64,000 bases of DNA from positions 21,048-85,047 of the forward strand of contig JACPEP010000008.1 of NCBI GenBank assembly GCA_016183425.1. The letters are read 5' to 3'. Shown here piece after piece: positions 45,652 through 54,957 of this stretch (its first letter is position 1; the number at the start of each line of letters is the position of its first letter). The stretch is from Chloroflexota bacterium (GTDB taxonomy: Bacteria > Chloroflexota > Dehalococcoidia > JACPEP01). Both the position numbers and the translations under genes were made by a program. The notes under the pieces were generated by a model. That model saw only the letters and a program-made list of their open reading frames with translations, did not search any database and had not been told where the DNA came from.

Positions 45652-46206
45652 TTATCGCTCGTGGTATTCAGGGGCATCCTCCAGTTGCTCCAGATCATTT
45701 CCCCACATCACCTCATATAGGCGACTGACGGCAGAGATGAACCGGGCAGGCTTATCCGGGTCAGCATTGAAGTGCTGGTGCACCGTGTTCACGGGGATAA
45801 GAATGGCATCCCCCTTTTTCCACTCCCAGCGGGATGGCTCTTCCTGTAGTTTCCACCCGAAGTGGTCAGTTACCTCCATGTCCACGTCCCAGTGGAGGTC
45901 GTATCCCTTGCCTTCAAGAACGTAAACATATTCCTCGCCCATATGGCGATGCTTCCCAGAGCGGCTACTGGGGGGGATCTCCTGCATGTAGACGTCCACC
46001 GTCTTAATACGAGTGTCCATCTTCGAGTTCACTATGTGTTTGATCTTGCCCTGGGGAGACATCTCCCAGGGCATATCCTCGGGAAACAGTATCTTCTTCA
46101 GCCCCTCCTCCCGTTCTTTTTGCTCCTGGGCCTCCTCCAGATGTTCGCGATAGTAGCGGGCCGTCCGCTCGCCTTTGTTCCAGTGCTCAGATTCGTGGAG
46201 CCCCAT
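45652..46206 (-). CDS. Cupin domain protein
   Basis: GKHRHMGEE.VYVLEGKG...VHQHFN. Confidence 0.88.
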   Translation of the reverse strand: MGLHESEHWNKGERTARYYREHLEEAQEQKEREEGLKKILFPEDMPWEMSPQGKIKHIVNSKMDTRIKTVDVYMQEIPPSSRSGKHRHMGEEYVYVLEGKGYDLHWDVDMEVTDHFGWKLQEEPSRWEWKKGDAILIPVNTVHQHFNADPDKPARFISAVSRLYEVMWGNDLEQLEDAPEYHER

Positions 46207-46593
46207 TTTTTCATCCTTTCTCGTTCAAGCATCCTGCTTATACATAATTGACCAGTGGACTCTACACAGCCATCCCGGGGTCCAAAATTCTAAACTGAGG
46301 CGACCTCCGCGCAGGGACGTACCATCTCGTTTTTATAAGCATTACCTGGAAATGTCAAGGCCTGAAGTGGTACGATTATGCGAGAAACCTAGCGCTTCGC
46401 TGAGCAATTGAGAGGATTGTGCCTTTTATCTCGTATCGTTGCCTTTCGTTAGCCTTATGTTTCTTACTACCTAGAATTACACCCTATCAAGTCAACCAGC
46501 TCAGTGCAAAATGCTGAAGGGCTATGCTATAATGTGGCCGTTGCAACCTGCGCAGAGGTCGCTTCTATTGTGAGCCATAGCAGACACAGCCAG

Positions 46594-48681
46594 ATGACCG
46601 GAAGCCCCAAGGAATTAGCGGCCGTACTCTTCCTCTTCTTTATCTTGGCAACCACCTACGTCTGGACCATGCCTCCCTTCGAGTCATCGGACGAGCTCAG
46701 CCACTTAGAGTTCGTCAAGCGATTGCTCCTGGAGGGACGACTGCCCATAGTCACCAAGATGGAGTACTTTGCCGCCGAGGAGCATCAGCCACCCACCTAC
46801 TACGTACTAGCTGCCTTGGTGGGGCGAGCCCTCATATCCACTCCTCTCAGGGATGACTTTGGCCAAATGACCCTCATTTTTTATGGGGCTCGGGGTCTCT
46901 CGGTACTTTTTGGCCTGGCGGCGGTGGCAGGAACCTATCTATTGGCAAGCCATGTCTTCGGGCCCCGCCCGCTGTTGCGCCTCGCCACCACCGCCCTGGT
47001 GGCCTTCAATCCCAGCTTCATTTCTATCATGGCCGCCGTCACCAATGACAGCCTGGCGGCGGCGGTGGGAGCCTTTATCCTGCTGGCCACCGTTAAGATA
47101 GCCGCGGCTCGCCCTATTTCCCTGAAATGGCTAATAGCTACTGGGCTTTTAGTGGGGATAGGGGCGATAAGCAAAGAGAACCTGCTTTATTTGTTCCTTC
47201 CCCTAGCGGTCGCCCTGACGGTGATGGCCCGGCGAACTGCCCAATACCCTTTGCGGGTACTCGTGGCGGTAGGGCTGCCCGCCGTAGCCGTGGGAGCCTG
47301 GTGGTATGTACGCAACTGGGCCCTGTATGGGGACCCCCTGGCTTGGAACATCAACGCCTTGCTGAGCCCAGGCAACATACACAGGGAAACGCCCGATGTA
47401 CACAGCTACCTCTCGATGATAAATGACTCCGCTCAAACCTTCTGGGTCGGCTTAGGACAGTCCCATGGGATACGGGCTGCAATGCCAATATACGCCGTCT
47501 TATGGATGGGGGGGGCTATCGCCCTTCTCGGCCTGTACCAGCTCTTTCGTGTCAAGAAACGGCTAGTTCCATGGTCTTCCGGCCTTAGCCTGGGTCTTGG
47601 CCTCCTCGCCATAGATGTGGCCCTGACATTTCTGGCTGTCCTTCGTTATCACTGGTCTTTCATCGGGGCGGGTTCGGGCCGCTTCTTCTTCCCCGTGGCC
47701 GGAGCCATCGCCGTCCTGCTGATACTGGGGCTTGCCCACGCCCTCCCAACTCGAATCCCTTGGCTCCCTATAGGCTTCTCATCCCTACTCCTCACCCTGA
47801 GCGTCGTCTCCCCTTTCGTCTATCTGCTGCCCCTTCGCGTCAGTCCCCTTGTAGTCACCACCGCCGAGCTGGCATCCCAGGCCCAGCCCGTAGACGCCAC
47901 CTTCGATGGCAGTCTCCAACTGGTGGGCTACCGGATCCCCAATCCCCGGGTGAGGCCCGGGGAAAGTCTCCCGGTGTCCTTGTACTGGAAGGCCATGTCC
48001 GACACCACCGTTAATTGGACGAACTACATTCACATCGTGGATGGCCAGAATGGAAACACTATGGTGGGCCAGTACGATTCCATCCCTCTTAGGGGAAGCT
48101 ATCCCACCTACTTCTGGCGCAAGGGTCAGATATGGCGCGAGGACTACCAGGTTCCCCTTCGCCCCGATGCCCTTGACGGCTATTACCAACTGGAGGTAGG
48201 CTTCTACGATTTGCGAACCGGCCGGGGAGCACCGGTCAGCGCCCAAGGCAAGGAATGGATGGGAGGACTTCGCTTGGGCCAGTTAAGGGTATTAGCACCT
48301 CAGGTATCAGCAAAGCCAAAGAATCCCCTGGAGGCTGACTTTCAGGAATCCATCCGGCTGGTGGGTTGGGACTGGGAAAGGAACACGGTGACCCTTTATT
48401 GGCAGCCCACGAACACCATTACCAGATCGCTCACCGTTTTCGCCCATTTTTTGGACTCTGAATCCCGAATGATAGCTCAGCATGATGGCTGGCCCGCCCG
48501 GGGCAGGTTGCCCACCTTTGTCTGGGAGCCCGGGGAAATAATCAGGGACGAACACCCCGTGGCAGCCCCGCCCGGCACCTATTCTCTGGAGGTGGGGCTC
48601 TACGATTCCCTTACTCAGCAGCGAGTGCCTTTGACGACGGGCAGTAGCAGCCTTTTCCTGGGGACAGTAGATGTTCCATAA
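46594..48681 (+). CDS. GT-C (ArnT/PMT-like) membrane glycosyltransferase with C-terminal Ig-like repeats
   Basis: PPFESSDE..H, HQPPTYY, VTNDSL, WWYVRN..LYGD, GRFFFP; repeated LYW...LEVG.YD; ORF extends to 46504. Confidence 0.8.
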   Translation: MTGSPKELAAVLFLFFILATTYVWTMPPFESSDELSHLEFVKRLLLEGRLPIVTKMEYFAAEEHQPPTYYVLAALVGRALISTPLRDDFGQMTLIFYGARGLSVLFGLAAVAGTYLLASHVFGPRPLLRLATTALVAFNPSFISIMAAVTNDSLAAAVGAFILLATVKIAAARPISLKWLIATGLLVGIGAISKENLLYLFLPLAVALTVMARRTAQYPLRVLVAVGLPAVAVGAWWYVRNWALYGDPLAWNINALLSPGNIHRETPDVHSYLSMINDSAQTFWVGLGQSHGIRAAMPIYAVLWMGGAIALLGLYQLFRVKKRLVPWSSGLSLGLGLLAIDVALTFLAVLRYHWSFIGAGSGRFFFPVAGAIAVLLILGLAHALPTRIPWLPIGFSSLLLTLSVVSPFVYLLPLRVSPLVVTTAELASQAQPVDATFDGSLQLVGYRIPNPRVRPGESLPVSLYWKAMSDTTVNWTNYIHIVDGQNGNTMVGQYDSIPLRGSYPTYFWRKGQIWREDYQVPLRPDALDGYYQLEVGFYDLRTGRGAPVSAQGKEWMGGLRLGQLRVLAPQVSAKPKNPLEADFQESIRLVGWDWERNTVTLYWQPTNTITRSLTVFAHFLDSESRMIAQHDGWPARGRLPTFVWEPGEIIRDEHPVAAPPGTYSLEVGLYDSLTQQRVPLTTGSSSLFLGTVDVP

Positions 48682-48722
48682 TGTAGTAGAATATAGAGAA
48701 GGACTAGATTTGGTGGCAGAAA

Positions 48723-50084
48723 TTGATACGTGAAGAAATAGAGCAAGCCCTCAAGGGTCACGACGCCGACTATGTGGAACTGCGCCTGGAAGAGGGAGAG
48801 ACAACCCGCCTCTCCTATCGGGGCCGCGAGCTGGAGGACATCGGCCGAAATGCCAGCCGGGGCGGCAACGCCCGAGCTCTGATGAAGGGGGGGTGGGGGT
48901 TCGTCTCCTTCAACGACCTCTCCAACCTTAGAGACAAGGTGGCCCTGGCGGTGAGCCACGCCCGCCGGGTAGGGAAGGAGGAAAGTCGCCTCGCTCAGAT
49001 CGCACCGACGGTAGAAACAGTGCCCGCAGAAGTGAAGAAGGACCCCCTGCTCATCCCTCTCGCAGAAAAGAAGCGCCTCCTGGATGAGTACAACGAAATT
49101 CTATGGTCTAGCCCCCGGCTCCAAACCTCGTCCATTAGCTACTCCGATGGCCGCCGTCGAACTGTCTTCGCCAACTCCGAGGGAGCCTACATAGAGCAGA
49201 GCCGGGTGGATGTAGTGGCCCGCCTAGCGGCAGTGGCCCGAGACGGCGACGTTGTGGAACAGGCCGGGCTAAGCCTGGGCAGCCAGGGGGATTACGCCGT
49301 CATCGAGGGCCTTCATCAGCAGGTTAAGGAGTTGGGCCAACAGGCGGTAACCCTCCTCTCCGCGCCCCAGGTAAAGAGAGGCGAGTACACCGTCATTCTG
49401 GACCCCGTGCTGGCGGGGGTTTTCATCCACGAGGCCTTCGGTCACCTATCAGAGGCCGATTTCCTTTACGAGAATCCCAAGCTGCAGGAGGTACTGGTTC
49501 TTGGTCGCACCTTTGGCCAGCCCCACCTGAACGTTGTGGATGGCGCCGCCGTGCCCGGTCTGCGGGGCAGCTACCATTACGACGACGAGGGGGTGCCTGC
49601 CACCAGAACCTATCTCATCCGAGAAGGCGTCCTGGTGGGACGGCTGCATTCCCGGGAGACAGCCGCCAAAATGGAAGAACCCCCCACCGGCAACGCCCGG
49701 GCCGTGGACTATCGCTTCCCTCCCATTGTCCGCATGACCAACACCTTCATCGAGACGGGAACGGCGACGCTACAGGACATGATGGCCGAGATACCAGAAG
49801 GACTTTATGTCAAGAACTGGTTCGGCGGCACCACCAGCATCGAAATGTTCACCTTTTCCGCCGGGGAGGCCTACATGATTCGCAACGGGAAAATAGCCGA
49901 ACCCCTACGCGGGGTGGTTCTTACCGGCAATGTTTTCACCACCCTGGCCAACATCGACGCCATCGGCAATGACCTGGACATGAACCAAGGGGGTGGCTGC
50001 GGGAAGGGGGGGCAGGCGCCCCTTCCCGTCTCCAACGGAAGTCCCCACATCCGAATTCGAAACTGCCTGGTGGGAGGACGGTAG
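48723..50084 (+). CDS. tldD: TldD-family metalloprotease
   Basis: HEAFGH.SEAD, YDDEG, TGNAR, VRMTNT, GCGKGGQ. Confidence 0.92.
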   Translation: MIREEIEQALKGHDADYVELRLEEGETTRLSYRGRELEDIGRNASRGGNARALMKGGWGFVSFNDLSNLRDKVALAVSHARRVGKEESRLAQIAPTVETVPAEVKKDPLLIPLAEKKRLLDEYNEILWSSPRLQTSSISYSDGRRRTVFANSEGAYIEQSRVDVVARLAAVARDGDVVEQAGLSLGSQGDYAVIEGLHQQVKELGQQAVTLLSAPQVKRGEYTVILDPVLAGVFIHEAFGHLSEADFLYENPKLQEVLVLGRTFGQPHLNVVDGAAVPGLRGSYHYDDEGVPATRTYLIREGVLVGRLHSRETAAKMEEPPTGNARAVDYRFPPIVRMTNTFIETGTATLQDMMAEIPEGLYVKNWFGGTTSIEMFTFSAGEAYMIRNGKIAEPLRGVVLTGNVFTTLANIDAIGNDLDMNQGGGCGKGGQAPLPVSNGSPHIRIRNCLVGGR

Positions 50085-51391
50085 TGGAAGAAGAGATACT
50101 TAGGCAGGCGATGCAGGTGGCCGAAGCAGCCGAGGTCTACTGGGTATCTTTCCAGGAGACGCCGGTCTCTTTTGAAGCCAACCGTTTGAAATATCTCACC
50201 ACCCGACAGAGCAGCGGCGTGGCTTTACGAGTCATCGTCAACGGCCGTATCGGCCACTCGGCCACCAACCACCGGGAAGACATGGCGGCACTGGTATCCC
50301 GGGCGGTGGAGGTAGCCCAGTTCGGCCCGGAGGCCCACTTTGAGCTGCCTGGCCCTCAGACCTACCCCTCAGTAGAGGCCTACGACCCCCAGACAGAGGC
50401 CTTTCCCGTAGACGCCATGGTGGAGTTGGGCCAGGGTCTCATTGACGGTGTACGGGCTCACGCTCCGGATTTGCAGTGCGAGGCTGGGGTAGCCAAGGAG
50501 ACGCTGACTCTGCACATCATCAACTCCCGAGGCAGCCAGGCGGAGTATCACAAAAGCGTCTTCAGTGCCAGCTTGTGGGGCACTCTGGTTCAGGATACGG
50601 ATATGCTCTTCGTGGGCGACGGCGAGACCCTATGCCAGCCGATGACCGACGGCCTGGTGATCATCGAAAGAGTGCTGCGTCAACTGGAGCTGGCACAAAG
50701 AACGGCCACCGTATCCTCAGGCGCGCTGCCCGTCATTTTCACCCCTCGGGGGGTTCGCAGCGCCTTGGTAGCGCCCCTTTACGCCGCCTTCAGCGGGCGA
50801 GTGGTCTTGCAAGGTGCCTCCCCCTTAGGGGGACGCCTGGGCGAGACGGTGTTCAGCCCCCACTTGACCCTGTGGGACGACCCCACCCTTCCCCTCTCCC
50901 CCGGTGGCCGCCCTTTTGATGACGAGGGTATTCCCACCCAACGAACCCCCTTAGTGGCAGCGGGGGCAGTAGCCAACTTTCTCTACGACCTACAAACAGC
51001 CGGTCTGGCGGGAACCCGAAGCACCGGCAGCGCCCGTCGCTCTTTGGGAGGGCTGCCCTCCCCCTCTGTAAGCACCCTCATCGTGGATGAGGGAGAGGCC
51101 ACCTTCCCGGACATGGTGGCTGATATGAAGGAAGGGCTGGTCATAGAGGATCTCATGGGCGCCAGCCAGGGAAACGTCCTGGGGGGCGACTTCGGCGGCA
51201 ACGTTCTCCTGGGCTACAAAGTGGAGGCAGGAACTATAGTGGGACGAGTTAAGGATACTATGGTCGCCGGCAACGTGTACAAAGTCCTCAGCTCCCTCCG
51301 GGGAATTGGACAAGAAGCCCGATGGGTGGGGGGCCATCTGAGAACACCGGCACTTTATGGCGACAGTATTAGCGTATCCACCAAAAGCTGA
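50084..51391 (+). CDS. TldE/PmbA-family protein
   Basis: PFDDEG, STGSARR, no HExxH; coupled to tldD. Confidence 0.88.
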   Translation: MEEEILRQAMQVAEAAEVYWVSFQETPVSFEANRLKYLTTRQSSGVALRVIVNGRIGHSATNHREDMAALVSRAVEVAQFGPEAHFELPGPQTYPSVEAYDPQTEAFPVDAMVELGQGLIDGVRAHAPDLQCEAGVAKETLTLHIINSRGSQAEYHKSVFSASLWGTLVQDTDMLFVGDGETLCQPMTDGLVIIERVLRQLELAQRTATVSSGALPVIFTPRGVRSALVAPLYAAFSGRVVLQGASPLGGRLGETVFSPHLTLWDDPTLPLSPGGRPFDDEGIPTQRTPLVAAGAVANFLYDLQTAGLAGTRSTGSARRSLGGLPSPSVSTLIVDEGEATFPDMVADMKEGLVIEDLMGASQGNVLGGDFGGNVLLGYKVEAGTIVGRVKDTMVAGNVYKVLSSLRGIGQEARWVGGHLRTPALYGDSISVSTKS

Positions 51392-51406
51392 TGGGGACAC
51401 CACAGC

Positions 51407-52315
51407 ATGGAAGAGCTTCTGGCGAAGTTGAGAGATGGCGACCCGGTAGCGCCTTCTCAGCTCATGCTCCTCTCTGAGCTATCGGAAGAGGGATGCCGTC
51501 TCTGGCAGCAAGAGTGGCCCTACCTGCCCCAAGAGCGCCGGCAACAGCTGGTCAGAACCCTCGCCCAATTGGGCGAGGACTGTATCGAATCGGATTTTGG
51601 CCGCGCCTTTCACATCATCCTGGAAGACGAGGACGAAACAGTGGTCTTATGGGCTATCAAGGGCCTTTCCTATTGCGAAGACCGGTGGCTCATTGGAGCC
51701 CTGGTGAAGCTGCTCCACAATGACGCTCGCCCGTCGGTGCGTGCGGCAGCGACCGCCGCCATGGAGCGCTTCGCCCTTCTGGCGGCGCTGGGCAAGCTCT
51801 CTCCGGAAGATGAGACAAGCGTGGCAGTAGCACTGATTTCCACCACCCAGAATCAGAAAGAGACCGAAGAGGTCAGGTGCCAGGCCCTTCGAGGAGCCGG
51901 AGCCTTGGAATTGTCCCGAGTTAAAGAGATTATCCACCAAGCATATCAAAGCTCGTCCCTGCTCCTTCGGCTGAGCGCAGTGTACGCCATGGGCATGAAC
52001 TGCAACCCCTATTGGCTGCCTACCCTCATCGCAGAGCTGGATAGCCCCCACCAGGAGATGCGCCAAGAGGCCGCCCGAGCCCTGGGGGAATTGGAGGATG
52101 AACGGGCCGTACCCCACCTGGCCCTCCTTCTCCAGGATCCCTACTCCCAGGCCAGGGAAGCGGCCTTTCAAGCCTTGAGCAACATCGGCGGCGAAGAGGC
52201 CAAACAGCTCCTGCTTCTCTGCCTCAAGGACCCATCCCCTCAAATTCGTGCCGCCGCACGCCGAGCCCTTCGGCAGCTCAACACCAGGGACAACCTTTCA
52301 TCACTCTTTAGCTGA
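51407..52315 (+). CDS. HEAT-repeat protein
   Basis: Repeated VRAAA / RQEAARALG / REAAFQALSNIGG units. Confidence 0.85.
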   Translation: MEELLAKLRDGDPVAPSQLMLLSELSEEGCRLWQQEWPYLPQERRQQLVRTLAQLGEDCIESDFGRAFHIILEDEDETVVLWAIKGLSYCEDRWLIGALVKLLHNDARPSVRAAATAAMERFALLAALGKLSPEDETSVAVALISTTQNQKETEEVRCQALRGAGALELSRVKEIIHQAYQSSSLLLRLSAVYAMGMNCNPYWLPTLIAELDSPHQEMRQEAARALGELEDERAVPHLALLLQDPYSQAREAAFQALSNIGGEEAKQLLLLCLKDPSPQIRAAARRALRQLNTRDNLSSLFS

Positions 52316-52369
52316 TCACTTCCGGAGAGGCCGGGCACGCTTTATCTTTGACCATGCAGGTGGAAAGCA

Positions 52370-52654
52370 TCAAGCCGTTTTCCCCTCCTGTCTGAGGTGC
52401 TCCAGAATCCACATTCTAACCAGAGTGGTAGGGCCGATGCCTTGCTCGTGGGCCTTTGCCCGTAACATCGCTAACGTCTCTTTGTCCAGTCTAATATTGA
52501 GTCCCTCCGACAGATTCTTGGCAAAGCGGGCTCGCACCGTTTTGAACTCATCCTGATAATCGGCCATATCGTGGGTATCAAACCACTCGGCTTCTTCTTC
52601 CCGGCTTTTAAACTCCGGGATTCTGCTTTTTGTTTCCTGTTCTTTCTTGCTCAT
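52370..52654 (-). CDS. CopG/BrnA-like antitoxin
   Basis: IPEFKSREEEAEWFDTHD...LNIRLD...LVRMWI. Confidence 0.85.
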   Translation of the reverse strand: MSKKEQETKSRIPEFKSREEEAEWFDTHDMADYQDEFKTVRARFAKNLSEGLNIRLDKETLAMLRAKAHEQGIGPTTLVRMWILEHLRQEGKTA

Positions 52655-52941
52655 TCGGTTTCACCCCCCCGTTCATTGGCATAGATCGCTCGCTCACGTC
52701 GGCTGCTCGGTCTGGCAGTCACCGGATAATACACTCCTCCCGGTGAAGATTCGGCGTCCAAGACAACAGTGAGTATCCTTCCGGATAGGGTTGGCCCGAA
52801 AACGAGCGAGCGTCCCTTTTTGCCGACTTGAACCACCGGCTCCCCGTGGCAGACCTCCTCCACCTCTTCTGGGGTCACTCCATGTCGAGCAATATGGGCC
52901 ACATTGCAAGGATCCCAGATGAGACGGTGAATCACCAGCAT
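52651..52941 (-). CDS. BrnT-family toxin
   Basis: WD..NVAHIARHGVTPEEVEEV, G.T.SGR, VTAR...RER. Confidence 0.85.
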   Translation of the reverse strand: MLVIHRLIWDPCNVAHIARHGVTPEEVEEVCHGEPVVQVGKKGRSLVFGPTLSGRILTVVLDAESSPGGVYYPVTARPSSRRERAIYANERGGETE

Positions 52942-52947
52942 GGCTTA

Positions 52948-52975
52948 ATTGTATCACAATGCGACACAATATCAA
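52948..52975 (-). promoter_or_regulatory. Promoter/operator of the brnT-antitoxin pair (probably leaderless)
   Basis: TTGATA-16 nt-TACAAT, 6 nt before ATG; overlapping imperfect palindrome ATTGTATCACAATGCGACACAAT. Confidence 0.6.
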
Positions 52976-53127
52976 TCCCTAAAACAGAGACCTAGAAAAA
53001 GAACAGGGCCTACGGGCAACTGAGGTTCAACATCTAGCTCAGACGCACTTAGAATCCCCCCGACGTACTATCTTGATTACTGCCTCACGCGGCCTCCTTT
53101 TGCCTGTCGACATGGCGCATGTCCGAT

Positions 53128-53156
53128 TTGACAACGGCGTAACGCTGTGCTAACAT
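53128..53156 (+). promoter_or_regulatory. Promoter of the abrB-vapC pair
   Basis: TTGACA-17 nt-TAACAT with TG extension. Confidence 0.7.
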
Positions 53157-53201
53157 ATGCTTACCATGAATGTTGGTACAACTTGTATTAGGAGTATTAC
53201 C

Positions 53202-53459
53202 ATGAAAGAACTTGAAACAACCCTGACGCGAAAAGGACAGGTTACCATCCCCCAGGAAGTGCGCCGAGCTTTGGGCCTGAAGCCCCGCGACAAAGTGCTC
53301 TTCGAGATTGAAGGAGAGGCCGCCAAGATAAGGCCGGCCGTGTCTAAGCTCCTTGCTGGCTACGGGGCTGTAGTACCCAGGAAGAGACCTGAGGACTTCC
53401 GCAAGCTACGTGAGGAGTTTGAGGAGGGAGTTGCAGAAGAGGTAGTCTCGGAGACTTAA
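53202..53459 (+). CDS. AbrB/MazE-type antitoxin
   Basis: TLTRKGQVTIPQEVRRALGLKP.D; AGGAG RBS. Confidence 0.9.
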   Translation: MKELETTLTRKGQVTIPQEVRRALGLKPRDKVLFEIEGEAAKIRPAVSKLLAGYGAVVPRKRPEDFRKLREEFEEGVAEEVVSET

Positions 53460-53465
53460 GGTACC

Positions 53466-53903
53466 ATGCCGCTACGGTTTCTTGATACCAATGTCCTGAT
53501 ACGCTACTTCACTCGGGACGATGAAGAAAAGGCCCGGCAAGCCCTGGCCTTGTTGGCCCGGGTTGAGCGCGGCGATGAGAAGGTCATCACGTCACCCATG
53601 GTCATCTTTGAGACCGTTTTCACTTTGCAGAAGGGCTATCAAGTTCCCCGGAGCGATATTCGGCGCCTCGTCTCGGCCATAATCGCCCTCAGGGGCCTGC
53701 AACTGCAGCGCAAAAATCTCTACTATCGAGCTTTCGACCTCTACGTAGACCACAACATTTCTTTTGCCGATGCCTACAACGCTGCCTATATGGAAGAGCG
53801 TGGAGCCACTGACATCTACACCTGGGACACCGACTTTGACAAGCTCGAAGGCGTCGCCCACCTTGAGCCCCAGGAGGAGAGGCTTTCATCTGCAGGCAAT
53901 TGA
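53466..53903 (+). CDS. VapC/PIN toxin
   Basis: FLDTNVL, FETVFTL, SFADAY, TWDTDF. Confidence 0.92.
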   Translation: MPLRFLDTNVLIRYFTRDDEEKARQALALLARVERGDEKVITSPMVIFETVFTLQKGYQVPRSDIRRLVSAIIALRGLQLQRKNLYYRAFDLYVDHNISFADAYNAAYMEERGATDIYTWDTDFDKLEGVAHLEPQEERLSSAGN

Positions 53904-54005
53904 GGCTGCCTATGTGAACCTTTTCTGTCCTCCCTAATGTCTACAAAATGCCTAATTCGATATGATGTGCATTTAACAGTATAATGCGCTTATAAGGGAG
54001 GTACT

Positions 54006-54314
54006 ATGTCAGCACGAAGAATGTCCGCGCGGGAAGCCAGAGCCAACTTTGGCGACCTGTTGGGTCTAGTTTACTACACTAAGGAGGCTGTGATCATCGA
54101 GAAAAAGGGGCGACCCTTTGCCGTCGTTGTCAGCCCACAGGACTACGAAGCTCTCCAAAAGGAGCAAGAACGCGCCTGGTCGGTTGTCGATCAAGTTCGA
54201 GAGCGCAATGCTGATAAAGACCCCGACGAGGTGCTCACCGACGTGACAACGGAGGTCGAAACCGTCCGTCAAAAGCTGTATGAAGAAAAGCAGGCTCCTA
54301 AGCGCCGTCGTTGA
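54006..54314 (+). CDS. Phd/YefM-family antitoxin
   Basis: SAREARANFGDLL...IIEKKGRPFAVVVSP.DYE. Confidence 0.88.
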   Translation: MSARRMSAREARANFGDLLGLVYYTKEAVIIEKKGRPFAVVVSPQDYEALQKEQERAWSVVDQVRERNADKDPDEVLTDVTTEVETVRQKLYEEKQAPKRRR

Positions 54315-54738
54315 CACCAATCTGTTTGTCAGTGGCTTAATCCTGAAGCGCGGCTCTCCATACGAAATCGTCGAGGCATTACGCCGCGGCGATTTTACGT
54401 TGGTTATCTCAGAACCGATCTACACGGAATACACCCAAGTCCTGTCCCGCCCAAGGTTCGCTGAGCAATACGCCCTGACCCAAGAAGAAGTTGCTGACTT
54501 CTAATTCCTAATAGATACCATTGCTCTTAAGGTGACCCCCAGACGCCGACTCCCGGTCAGGGTGAGACACCAGAAAGATGAAGTGATTCTGGCGACTGCT
54601 CTGGGTAGGGCAAACTATCTCGTGACTGGGGATGACGACTTACTCTCCGTACGCGATCATGCAAAGCTAGGGCAACTGAAGATCGTCACGGCAAGGGAAT
54701 TCCTGGACCTCCTGAGAGAGGAACACACCGGAAACTGA
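54280..54738 (+). pseudogene. PIN-family toxin with in-frame TAA
   Basis: VVDTNLFVSG...ADF*FLID...KDEVILATA...LVTGDDDLL; stop at 54502-54504, same frame on both sides. Confidence 0.85.
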
Positions 54739-54957
54739 TCCTCAAGTGGTACGAGTTTCAGATAGTGACTGCTTTCCTACTGGTCGCGGCAACAATATGC
54801 ACCTGGACGGCTACCAACCACACGCCCAAATGGTGGGTGGAGGAGGCCTGTTGACACGGTATTATGCTGGCAGTAGGATTTGGTCACCAACTAGCATCGG
54901 TCTCCGGACGAACAATGAATGGTCACCAGAGTCGGGAAAAACTGGAGCAGGGGTTAC

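Noticed and set aside
48723..52315. TldD/TldE plus HEAT protein as a RiPP maturation cluster
   Set aside because: No precursor peptide, YcaO or radical SAM gene nearby; looks like an ordinary housekeeping arrangement.
52316..54957. att duplication of the tRNA-Arg 3' end
   Set aside because: No convincing copy of TGGTACCCCTGGGG found by eye; only short matches such as TGGTAC near 54747.
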